Shown piece after piece: positions 46,681 through 55,254 of a stretch of DNA of 56,791 nucleotides. Made by a program: the position numbers and the translations under genes. This DNA comes from Myxococcota bacterium (lineage in GTDB: Bacteria > Myxococcota > JACRCW01), in contig JBFMGU010000031.1 of assembly GCA_040752415.1 (NCBI GenBank), positions 1 to 56,791 on the forward strand. The letters run 5' to 3'. Position 1 is the stretch's first letter. Each line of letters begins with the position of its first letter. The notes under the pieces are model-generated. The model was not told the origin of the DNA. It saw nothing but the letters and a program-made list of their open reading frames with translations, and did not search any database.

Positions 46681-47655
46681 TTAGTCGTCGATTAGTGCCA
46701 GGATGGCGACGTAGACGGCTTGCACGGTCTTGGCCATGCGGGGGAAGTCCAGCGTGTCCAGGGTGTCGCGCGCGGTGTGGTAGTTGGGGTTCCGGTAGAA
46801 CGCGGTGTCGGTGATCATGACGGCGGGAAAGCCCTGGTCCCAGTAGCTGCGGTGATCCGAGAAATCCACGCCGGCAATGAGGCGGGGACCGTTGATGGAC
46901 CGGATGGGCAGGTCGGTGGCGCCGGCCATGGCGCGCTTGACCCGGCGGGTGAGCGACCCGTCGACGAAACGGCCCACCACGGCCATGAAGTTCCCGCGCG
47001 AGGGGTAGACCAGCTTCATGATGGACAACGGGAAGCGCTGGCTGCCTTTCTCGTCGGAGAAATAGCCCAGCATCTCCAGCGACAACATGGCGCGCACGCG
47101 GACCCCGGCCTCCCGCAGCGACGCGGCATGGACCGCGCTCCCCATGGATGCCGTGGCGAAGTTCGGCGGCTCCTCCAGGGTGAACGCCACCAGGTCAACG
47201 GGGCGCTTCAGCGGCGTGGTGGACAGCAGGTGCGCCAACTCGATGAGGACGGCCACGCCGCTGGCATTGTCGTCTGCGCCGGGGAGGGGGCCGCAGGTGT
47301 CATAGTGCGCTCCCACCACCAGGCGCTCGCCCTCCCGGGGACCCAGCTCCGCCACGACGTTGCGGTACGTCCTCCCGGCTACCAGGTAGGGCTGCTCACG
47401 CGTGGCAACCCCCGCCTCTTCCAGCTGCTCCCGGATGTACTCCGCGGCGGCGCCCAGGTGCTTAGGGTGACCATAGTCACGGGGATGAAACGTCTCCGAA
47501 AGGGCGCGAACATGGCGCTGCATCCGGGAGGCATCCACCGCGGGGAGCGGCTCCTGCTTCCGACGGGAGGGAAGCACCGGCTGGGTCCCCAGGAACCACA
47601 ACACCACCGCGGACAGCGCCGCGAGTCCGACGAGGACCGCCACCAGCGTCACCAT
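46681..47655 (-). CDS. M28 family peptidase
   Basis: VGAHYD, GADDNASG, LEEPP, LEMLGY, SDHRSY, YHT..D. Confidence 0.92.
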   Translation of the reverse strand: MVTLVAVLVGLAALSAVVLWFLGTQPVLPSRRKQEPLPAVDASRMQRHVRALSETFHPRDYGHPKHLGAAAEYIREQLEEAGVATREQPYLVAGRTYRNVVAELGPREGERLVVGAHYDTCGPLPGADDNASGVAVLIELAHLLSTTPLKRPVDLVAFTLEEPPNFATASMGSAVHAASLREAGVRVRAMLSLEMLGYFSDEKGSQRFPLSIMKLVYPSRGNFMAVVGRFVDGSLTRRVKRAMAGATDLPIRSINGPRLIAGVDFSDHRSYWDQGFPAVMITDTAFYRNPNYHTARDTLDTLDFPRMAKTVQAVYVAILALIDD

Positions 47656-47698
47656 GCGGTGCCACTCCACACCTGCACGGGCGCCGGATCAAGGCTCC

Positions 47699-48169
47699 TC
47701 AGCGACGGACGAGGCGCAACACCAGGCGCGGAACTTGCGTGGTGGGCGAGATGATCATCTCTCCGGCGAGGAACTCCGCGTTGCTGGGCCGGATGCCGAT
47801 GCGGGGGAGGACCTGGTCGTTGCCGGCGGGGTCGAGGTCCTGGATCTCGATGGCCACGCCGCTGTCCTGGAAGCGGCCCACCGTGGACGTGCAGGAGCCC
47901 GACGTCCACCGGGGCTCGAACGTCTCCATCTCCTCCGCCGTCACGCTGGAGCCGTCCGTGCACCACATGCGCATGGAGATGTCGGGGGGGGAGTTGTCCG
48001 GATCCCACGCGTCGCCGTTGTCCTTGGTGGAGGCGATGACGGCGGAGATGGGTTGAATCTCGAACACCGCGTTGGGGTCCAGCTCGGGTCCCGAGGGGCC
48101 CAGTGCGCCACACGACACCGTCACGCCCGCCGCCACCGCGGCGAGGCCCAGGGAGGCCAATCTCTTCAT
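47699..48169 (-). CDS. Lipoprotein with a C2-like acidic-loop domain
   Basis: GGAGG RBS, lipobox TVSC; NGDAWDPDNSPPD, FEPRW, IEIQDLDPAGND. Confidence 0.55.
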   Translation of the reverse strand: MKRLASLGLAAVAAGVTVSCGALGPSGPELDPNAVFEIQPISAVIASTKDNGDAWDPDNSPPDISMRMWCTDGSSVTAEEMETFEPRWTSGSCTSTVGRFQDSGVAIEIQDLDPAGNDQVLPRIGIRPSNAEFLAGEMIISPTTQVPRLVLRLVRR

Positions 48170-48301
48170 GGTTCCCTCCGGTTTCACGCAGCCCATGGCC
48201 CCCGGCCCACAGGCAGACCGGATATACCGACGTCGAACATCATGGTCAGAAAGCTGCACGCGGACGCGGACATGCTGACGTCGTTCCCGTGATGCGGACC
48301 C

Positions 48302-48802
48302 TCAGCCCCAGCCGCGGATGACTCCGGGAGGCGGCGTGGGAGAGATGGCCACCAGGTTCGCTCCCGACGAGCCCGCCACCCGGAATCCCCATGCCTCCAG
48401 GAATTGTCGACGAGACTGCAGACCTTCCGCCTCCGTCTCCAGGACCAGCAGCGGTGCGCCCGGTTGCATCAGTCGACGAAACTGCAGGAACAGGCGCGCG
48501 GGCTCCTTCAGGATGCGGAACACCTGCGAGGTCACCACCGCATCCACCCGACCCGCCGCGGGCGGTGGCCGATCCAGCGTCAGGTCGAAGACCGCAAAGG
48601 TTGCGCGGGGCAGGGCACGTTCCCGCGCGGAGCGGATGTGCGCGGGGGAGCGGTCGTAGCCCAGCAGGCGCAGGTCCGGTCGCCGACGACAAATCTCCGC
48701 GGCCAGCGCGCCGTTGCCGCACGCGGTGTGGATGACCAGCCCGCCCTCCGGCACCGCCAGGAGCAGGTGCTGCTCCACCAGCGTCATCACGACGTCATCC
48801 AC
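48302..48802 (-). CDS. Class I SAM-dependent methyltransferase-like protein
   Basis: TACGNG motif I (degenerate), GYDRS, VDAVV, MQPGAPLLV. Confidence 0.65.
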   Translation of the reverse strand: MDDVVMTLVEQHLLLAVPEGGLVIHTACGNGALAAEICRRRPDLRLLGYDRSPAHIRSARERALPRATFAVFDLTLDRPPPAAGRVDAVVTSQVFRILKEPARLFLQFRRLMQPGAPLLVLETEAEGLQSRRQFLEAWGFRVAGSSGANLVAISPTPPPGVIRGWG

Positions 48803-48806
48803 GCGG

Positions 48807-50591
48807 TCAGACCTCCAGCCCCAATGAGCGCATCAGCTCCAGCGCGTTGCTGCGGGTCACCACGCCGGGACGCATGCGGTAGTCGAACACCATCTTCCCC
48901 TGCACCATCTCGTCCTGGAAGTGCATGTTCACGGCGTGCGGGCCAATCCGTTCCGCGGCGCTGGCCAGCGCCAGGTCATGCGTGGTCACCAGTCCCAGGG
49001 CGCCGCGCTTGAGGAACGCCACCATCAACGCCTCCGCACCCACCACGCGGTCATGCGAGTTGGTGCCGTGCAGGATCTCGTCGAGGAGGAAGAGGAGTGG
49101 CGGCGAGTTGCCGGCCATGTCCATGAGCTGGCGCAGCCGGGTAAGCTCCGCGAAGAAGCGCGAACGTCCCTCCTGCAGCGAATCCTCCACCCGCAACGTG
49201 GCGCCAATGGCAAGCGGCGTGAGCGTCAAACGCTGGGCCCGCACCGGCGCGCCGCACATGGCCAGCACCGCGTTGGTGCCCACCGTCCTCAGCAGCGTGC
49301 TCTTCCCGGACATGTTGGAGCCGCTGATGATGATCACACGGGTCTCCTCGTCGAGACGGACGTCGTTGGGGACGCAACGCGGCAGCAGCGGGTGCGCCAG
49401 GCCTTCGCCTGCGAAGCGGGGCGGGCCGTCCACCACGTCGGGGAAGACGTCATCCGGGTGCTCGTAGGCGTAGCAGGCCAGCGCGCACAGGGTCTCCAGC
49501 GCACCCACCGATTCCAACCAGCGCGGAACGGACGCGCCATGCGCGCCACGCCAGCGATCAATCTGGATGGCGAACTGAAGGCTCCACAACAGCAGGAACA
49601 GGAACGGCAGCAGCAGCTGGTTCTGTTGGAGCTGCATCAGCTCGGTGCGCCGGGCGAGGCGGGAGATGGCCGCGGACGCGGTGCCTCCCTCCGACGAGAG
49701 CGCGCCGTGCAGCTCCTTGAGCAGCGGTGCCTGGAAGGACTCCCGCTCCAGCCTCTCCGCCACGAGCGCAAGAAGCCGCAGATGCTCTCCCGGACGGTTC
49801 AATGCACCGATGACCCGGATCAGCCGCGGTCGCGCCGCGCGGTACACCGCCCAATCCACGAGCGCGAGGATACCCGCGGGCCACCAGCTCCCGCCGAGGA
49901 AGAGCGCATGGATGAAGGCGCCAAGGGCGGCCACGCCCAACACCGCCAGCAGCGGCTGCAGCGCGCGCCACGACGGAGGGAAGACCGCGGGAGCCGTGGC
50001 CCACGTCCGCAACAGCACCGCGTCCAGGGACGTCTGCAACTCGGGGCCGACGAGGGCGAGGTCTTCGCGCAGGTCGAGTCGGTTGCGCAGCTCACGCACG
50101 GCTTCCTGGCGCGCCTTTGCTTGCGCCACGGTGGCGGGGGTCTTCAGCCAGCGCGCCAGGGTGGCTTCAGCCGGCGCGGTGCGCACCGTGCACAACAGCT
50201 CATGCAGGGAGCCGCGGCCGAAGATGTCCAGGTCACGCGCGTAGGGGTGCTCCTCGTCGGCGAACTCCGTTCCCGGGCGACCCTGCCCCGCCCAGCGGTT
50301 CGCGAGTCGCTCGATGGCGCGCTGGTACAGGGCCGCGGCACGACGTGAACGCTCCAGGGCGCGGTTGATGCGCTCATGCACCACCAGCAACGCCACGAAC
50401 ACGACGGCCGGGATGCCAAGATAGGACGCCGACACGTTGTCCCGGAACGCCATCCACGCGATCACGACGCCGGCGCCGAACACGGCCACCCGCGCGGCCG
50501 CCACCGCGGCGTCCCGTCGGTCATGCAGAGCCGCAGCGTCGAGGTGGAGCTGGAGGCGGCGTGCGTATTCCTGGGCGGGAGGGGTGTCCAT
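48807..50591 (-). CDS. MutS-related protein (membrane segments + MutS domain V ATPase only)
   Basis: DLDIFGRGSL, ISGSNMSGKSTLLR, DSL..GRSRFFAEL, LLDEILHGTN, TTHDL; no mismatch-binding domain. Confidence 0.9.
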   Translation of the reverse strand: MDTPPAQEYARRLQLHLDAAALHDRRDAAVAAARVAVFGAGVVIAWMAFRDNVSASYLGIPAVVFVALLVVHERINRALERSRRAAALYQRAIERLANRWAGQGRPGTEFADEEHPYARDLDIFGRGSLHELLCTVRTAPAEATLARWLKTPATVAQAKARQEAVRELRNRLDLREDLALVGPELQTSLDAVLLRTWATAPAVFPPSWRALQPLLAVLGVAALGAFIHALFLGGSWWPAGILALVDWAVYRAARPRLIRVIGALNRPGEHLRLLALVAERLERESFQAPLLKELHGALSSEGGTASAAISRLARRTELMQLQQNQLLLPFLFLLLWSLQFAIQIDRWRGAHGASVPRWLESVGALETLCALACYAYEHPDDVFPDVVDGPPRFAGEGLAHPLLPRCVPNDVRLDEETRVIIISGSNMSGKSTLLRTVGTNAVLAMCGAPVRAQRLTLTPLAIGATLRVEDSLQEGRSRFFAELTRLRQLMDMAGNSPPLLFLLDEILHGTNSHDRVVGAEALMVAFLKRGALGLVTTHDLALASAAERIGPHAVNMHFQDEMVQGKMVFDYRMRPGVVTRSNALELMRSLGLEV

Positions 50592-50697
50592 GTGTGGAGC
50601 GCATGCATAGCGGTCCGTGTGACCCAAGCTCCAGTGGTCGGGAGCCGTGCGCGTGACTGGCACCCGTTGCGTCCATGCTCACGGCGTGGTGGATGGC

Positions 50698-50703
50698 TAT
50701 AAT
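50698..50703 (+). promoter_or_regulatory. Possible sigma70 -10 box
   Basis: TATAAT preceded by TGGC in a GC-rich divergent intergenic region; no clear -35. Confidence 0.35.
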
Positions 50704-50868
50704 CCCGTATTCCCCGTTGACACTTCGGGACGTGACCCGTCGCAAGGACGCGGTGTCCCGAGGTCCAGAGCAGCCGGAAGAAACCGACGACGCTGGTACC
50801 GGGAGCGGCCAGCAGCGCGCGGCCCAGGCGCGGCGCGCACACGCTCTTTCGCCGGCAAGGTGGATCCC

Positions 50869-52695
50869 ATGAGACGCATGTGGTGCATGACGGGCCTCGC
50901 GGGCCTGAGTGTGGTCTTGGCGTGCAATCCCTCGGAAACCGGGTCGGGCGGTGGCGGATCCTCGCCGGGAGGTGAGTCCACCGGGGGGAGCAGCAGCTAC
51001 AGCTTCGTGGGCCCCAGCACGACGAGCGGCGGACCCGTGACGTCGAGCAGCGCTGCCGCGAATTCGTCCAGCGTCGGCGGCGGATCGGGCGAGCCCACGT
51101 CATCGACCTCGGCGACCAGCAGCTCCAGTGCCTCGTCGTCGGCGTCCTCGTCTTCGTCGTCGTCTTCCTCCAGCGCGTCCAGCAGCACGGGGGGCGCCAC
51201 GTCCTCCAGCAGCGGTGTCACGTCGTCCAGCTCGGCCGCGGCCACTTCGTCCAGCGCGGCAGCGACTTCGTCGTCGTCGTCATCTTCCGGCGGGACGAGT
51301 CTTGCCGCGGACTGCGGGATGTATTGCGACGAGAACCTGGCCGCGTGCACCGGTGCCGACGCGCAATACGCCTCCCGTGACGAGTGCATGTCGGCGTGCA
51401 GCGCCATGCCGTTGGGGACGGATACGCAGCTTGCGGGAACCGAGACGGCAAACAGCCTGGCGTGCCGACTCCACGAGACGCGTGAAGCGGCAGCGGTGAC
51501 CGGCGAGTTCCGCACGCAGCACTGCGGCTATTCCGGTCGCACCGGCGGCGGCGTGTGCGTGGACCGCTCCGACGCTGGCGCGTGCGATCACTACTGCGAT
51601 CTCATGATGACCTACTGCACTTCCGATCCGCAGTTCGCCAGCCGTGAGGAGTGCATGGTCCACTGCGACGCCATCCCGCAGGGCGTCCCCGGCCAGGTGG
51701 CGCGCAACACCGTCACGTGTCGCATGGAGCACGCCATGGCGGCCTCCAGCAATCCCAGCGTGGAATGCGACCTGGCGGGTCCGCTGAGCATCTCCTGTGA
51801 AAACACCACGGGAGAGGCCATGTGCGAGCACTACTGTCAGCTCATGCGCCGCTACTGTCGGGCGGAGTACGGCAACCTGCAGTACGTGCCGGAAGCCCAC
51901 GACGAGCACTGCATCACCAGCTGTCGTGCCATGCCGCCGGGGCAGATGGACGCCATGGTCGGGAACAACCTGGCGTGCCGCTACAACCACATCCTCACCG
52001 GCGCCCTCGACGACACGCTGCCCTCGGCGTGCATCTGGGCCGGGCCCACCAGTCGCGGCGAGACGCACTGCCAGGACACGCCGGATAATCCCTGCGACCA
52101 CTACTGCGACGTCATGTCCATGGGCTGCGGCTTTGGCCCCGTGCCCGCGTTGTATGACTCGCGTGAGACGTGCCTGGCCCAGTGCGACGCGAAGACGCGC
52201 TACTACAACTACGGCGCCTCCGTGGATGCGAACACGCTGGAGTGCCGCGAGTATCACGCCGCCGCGTCCCTGTTTGACGTCGAGGAGGCACGCGAGGGCC
52301 ACTGCGCCGCGGCGGCCATGCAGTCACCCACGTGCATGGCGATTCCCGCGGTGGTGAACGGCTGCACGGAAGGGGACTATGTGGACGGCAACGCCGCGCC
52401 GCACCTGAACAGCGGGGTGTATGAGCCGCGCTGCATCCGCGTGAAGGTGGGCACGGAGGTGACGCTGCCCGCCAGCTCCGACAACCCGGTGCAGGCGCAG
52501 TTCAACGTGGCCGGGGTGAACAACCCGTTCCAGGTCAACGGCGGTCCGCCCGCGGTGGGGTCGACGTCGTCGGTGACCAAGGTGCTCAGCAAGACGGGAT
52601 TCTACGGGTACTACAGCACGCAAGCGGGGCAGCCGGATTGGCTCATCCAGGATCCCGGCAAGCCCGTGGTGGGCACCATCTGGGTGGTCCCCTGA
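50869..52695 (+). CDS. Lipoprotein with Ser-rich stalk, four Cys-rich repeats and a degenerate cupredoxin-like C-terminal domain
   Basis: Lipobox VLAC; four C..YC......C...C...C...N.(L/V).CR units; YEPRCIRVKVG...GFYGYY...GTIWV. Confidence 0.7.
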   Translation: MRRMWCMTGLAGLSVVLACNPSETGSGGGGSSPGGESTGGSSSYSFVGPSTTSGGPVTSSSAAANSSSVGGGSGEPTSSTSATSSSSASSSASSSSSSSSSSASSSTGGATSSSSGVTSSSSAAATSSSAAATSSSSSSSGGTSLAADCGMYCDENLAACTGADAQYASRDECMSACSAMPLGTDTQLAGTETANSLACRLHETREAAAVTGEFRTQHCGYSGRTGGGVCVDRSDAGACDHYCDLMMTYCTSDPQFASREECMVHCDAIPQGVPGQVARNTVTCRMEHAMAASSNPSVECDLAGPLSISCENTTGEAMCEHYCQLMRRYCRAEYGNLQYVPEAHDEHCITSCRAMPPGQMDAMVGNNLACRYNHILTGALDDTLPSACIWAGPTSRGETHCQDTPDNPCDHYCDVMSMGCGFGPVPALYDSRETCLAQCDAKTRYYNYGASVDANTLECREYHAAASLFDVEEAREGHCAAAAMQSPTCMAIPAVVNGCTEGDYVDGNAAPHLNSGVYEPRCIRVKVGTEVTLPASSDNPVQAQFNVAGVNNPFQVNGGPPAVGSTSSVTKVLSKTGFYGYYSTQAGQPDWLIQDPGKPVVGTIWVVP

Positions 52696-52756
52696 CGAGA
52701 ACGCGGTGCTCCCGGGGATGTTCCGCTAGAGTGCGGCGTCCTCGGGAGCCCGTTGC

Positions 52757-53992
52757 ATGATTGGTCCGCTGGCAGTCCTGCTCCTCGTGGCAAGCGCTCC
52801 GCCGTCGGAGGAGTCACGTCGACTCGCGGTCCTGCCCGTCACCGTCAAGGTCACCGGCGACCAGGCCAACGCGGCCAGTCTCTTCCTCACCAACGGGCTG
52901 GCCGCCGCGCTCCCCGAGTTCCGCGCCTACGACGTCGTCAGCATGGACGAGGTCCAGGCCATCCTCACCGCGGAAGCCAACCGCGAGAAGATGGGCTGCG
53001 ACGACGCCACCTGCCTCACCGAGATCGCCGGCGCGCTGAACGCGCAGCTGCTGGCGGTGGGAACCGTCACGCAGGTTGGCGAGGCGTTGATCTGGTCTCA
53101 GCGTGTCGTCGACCAGCGCAGTGAACAGGTTCTCCACGCGGCGTCCATCCACGCGCGCTCCCTCCAGGGCCTCGTGGCGCAGATCCGCGAGATGGCGGCG
53201 TTGTTGTGTGGGCGCGCGGAGGCGGTGTCCCTGAAAGGACGGAAGGCCCGCGAGCGGCTGGGGTTCACCAGCGTGGCGGATCTGCAGGATTTCCGTCGCT
53301 ACCGGGAGGAGCAGCGCGAGCTCAGCACGTCCGAGGCGCTCACGCAGTACATCATTGCTCACAACGTGGAGAGCAACCGGCTTGCCGTGGCCGAGGCGGC
53401 GGCGTTTGGGATTGCCGCGGTCGTCACGGCGGGCGCGGTGGGATTGCCGCTGTTGGGCGGGGCCATCTCGAGCACCACCGGAACGCTGGTCCCGTCGTTC
53501 GTGCTTTCCCTGCCGCTTCTGGTGCTCATCCCCGTGGCGTTGACGGCGGGCACGGTGGGCGTGGTGCTCAGCGTGGTCGACGCGCTGAACCTGGGACGCC
53601 TGGAGGTGCACCGCACGGGGTGTTGCCGCAATGACGCGGACATCCAGGATGCCGAGAATGACGACGGAATACGCACCGTGTCCGCACTGAGCATCCTGGC
53701 GGGAGCGCCCTTGTTGTGCGGCGGCATCTTCGTGGAAGCGGCGCTGGCCCAGGTGCTTTACAGCACGTTGTTGATCGCCTCCCGACGTCCTGAGCCGGTG
53801 GTCGCCTTCTCGCAGGAGGAGAGCGCGCTGCTGGGACCGCTGCTGTTGTGCACGTGGTGCAGCATGCCTTGCCTCATTGCAGCGCAGCTCATGGTGTTCA
53901 GCCCGGCGGGACTCTTCCTGCTCCTCTGGCCTTCTCCGGAGGCACTGAAGGACGTGTCCGAAGGCGGCGCTCCCGACGAGGAGGCGCCATGA
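52757..53992 (+). CDS. Hypothetical membrane protein, tandem paralog A
   Basis: Signal; RLAVLP...GCDDATCLTEIAGAL N-domain; about four hydrophobic segments; GCCRND. Confidence 0.65.
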   Translation: MIGPLAVLLLVASAPPSEESRRLAVLPVTVKVTGDQANAASLFLTNGLAAALPEFRAYDVVSMDEVQAILTAEANREKMGCDDATCLTEIAGALNAQLLAVGTVTQVGEALIWSQRVVDQRSEQVLHAASIHARSLQGLVAQIREMAALLCGRAEAVSLKGRKARERLGFTSVADLQDFRRYREEQRELSTSEALTQYIIAHNVESNRLAVAEAAAFGIAAVVTAGAVGLPLLGGAISSTTGTLVPSFVLSLPLLVLIPVALTAGTVGVVLSVVDALNLGRLEVHRTGCCRNDADIQDAENDDGIRTVSALSILAGAPLLCGGIFVEAALAQVLYSTLLIASRRPEPVVAFSQEESALLGPLLLCTWCSMPCLIAAQLMVFSPAGLFLLLWPSPEALKDVSEGGAPDEEAP

Positions 53993-55254
53993 CCGCGGCG
54001 ATCATGTTTCTCCTGACGCTCTCCACGCAGACGCCCGACGCCCTCGCGAACCAGCGCGCGCTCGTGTTGCCGATGAGCCTTCCCCAGGCTCCCTCGTCGG
54101 ACGTGAAGGCCGCGGCGCCCGGTGTCGAGGCCGCGCTGGTGGATGCGCTCACCCGGCACGCCACCTTCCGCGTCATCGGGCGACAAGAGATGAACCGCAT
54201 GCTGGACCGCGCGGTGCAGGAACAGCTGCGCGGCTGTGACACCGACGAGTGCCTGGCGCAGATCTACCAGGCCATGGACGCGGACCTGGTGGTGACCTCG
54301 CAGCTCTCGCTCGTCGACGGCGTGTGGGGCCTGCAGGCGGCGCTGCTGGAGCGCAAGACGGGGAAGGCGGTGCGGCGCATGTCGGTGCGTGCGCGATCGT
54401 TGGATGGACTGCTGCGTTCCGTCGAGCAGACCGCGTTGCACCTGGCGGGCGGCGCGCAGGTGGGATTGCAGGACCCGAAGCTGCAGACGCGCCTGGGAAC
54501 CGATGCCACCGGAGTCCGCCTCCTGCGCGACGCCATGGAAGAGAATCCCGACGACGACGTGGCGCAGTCCTGGACCGACGTGATCATCGCGCGGAACACC
54601 GAGAGCGGATGGCTGGCGCTGGCGGAGGGCGCGCTCGTGTTCGCCGGTGGCGTGCTGGCCAGTGGGACGGGGCTCGCGGGCTACCTCGCGGAGAGCATGT
54701 TCCTGGGCGCGGTGTACGCCGCCAACTTCGGTCCCGACGCCAACGTGGGTGGTCTGCCCGTGGTTCCGTTGATCCTGGCCGTCCTGCTTCCCGCGCCCTG
54801 CATCGTGGCTGCGTTGGTTCCATTGTTGGCCGCCGCGACGGTGGCGATCGTGGATCAGCTGGACCTTGGCCGGGTGCCGGCGGCGCGCAAGGGTTGCTGC
54901 CGTGACGACGAGCGGATTGCCCGCGCGGGCGAGCCGGGTGTGTTGCATCGCGTGGCGCCGGTGCTGGCGTTCGCGGGTGCGTGTTGCGCGCTGCTCGGGC
55001 CGGTGCCGCTGTTCTGCAATCCCGGCGGTGTCATTCCGTTGGAGCAGGGAACGCTCGGACCGGTGCTCTCGGTGGGCTGGCCGGTGGTGTTGCTCACGCT
55101 CGCGCTGTTCCTCCCGGTCGAGTCGTTGTGGACCGTGGTGCTCAGCTCCGGTGTCTCGCTCGCGGCATTCGTCGCCGGGGTTGCGCTCGTCGTCAGCGGG
55201 CGGAATGAGCTGGTGGACGAGGAGGAACCGTCAGGGAGCAGCGTCGGGGGTTGA
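53989..55254 (+). CDS. Hypothetical membrane protein, tandem paralog B
   Basis: GGAGG RBS and ATGA overlap; GCDTDECLAQI; GCCRDD; about four hydrophobic segments. Confidence 0.65.
   Translation: MTAAIMFLLTLSTQTPDALANQRALVLPMSLPQAPSSDVKAAAPGVEAALVDALTRHATFRVIGRQEMNRMLDRAVQEQLRGCDTDECLAQIYQAMDADLVVTSQLSLVDGVWGLQAALLERKTGKAVRRMSVRARSLDGLLRSVEQTALHLAGGAQVGLQDPKLQTRLGTDATGVRLLRDAMEENPDDDVAQSWTDVIIARNTESGWLALAEGALVFAGGVLASGTGLAGYLAESMFLGAVYAANFGPDANVGGLPVVPLILAVLLPAPCIVAALVPLLAAATVAIVDQLDLGRVPAARKGCCRDDERIARAGEPGVLHRVAPVLAFAGACCALLGPVPLFCNPGGVIPLEQGTLGPVLSVGWPVVLLTLALFLPVESLWTVVLSSGVSLAAFVAGVALVVSGRNELVDEEEPSGSSVGG

Noticed and set aside
48807..50591. Calling this gene mutS or mutS2
   Set aside because: Only the ATPase domain is present, with membrane segments; no mismatch-binding or Smr domain.
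50658..50670. TGGCACCCGTTGC as a sigma54 promoter
   Set aside because: GG-to-GC spacing is 8 nt, not the required 10.
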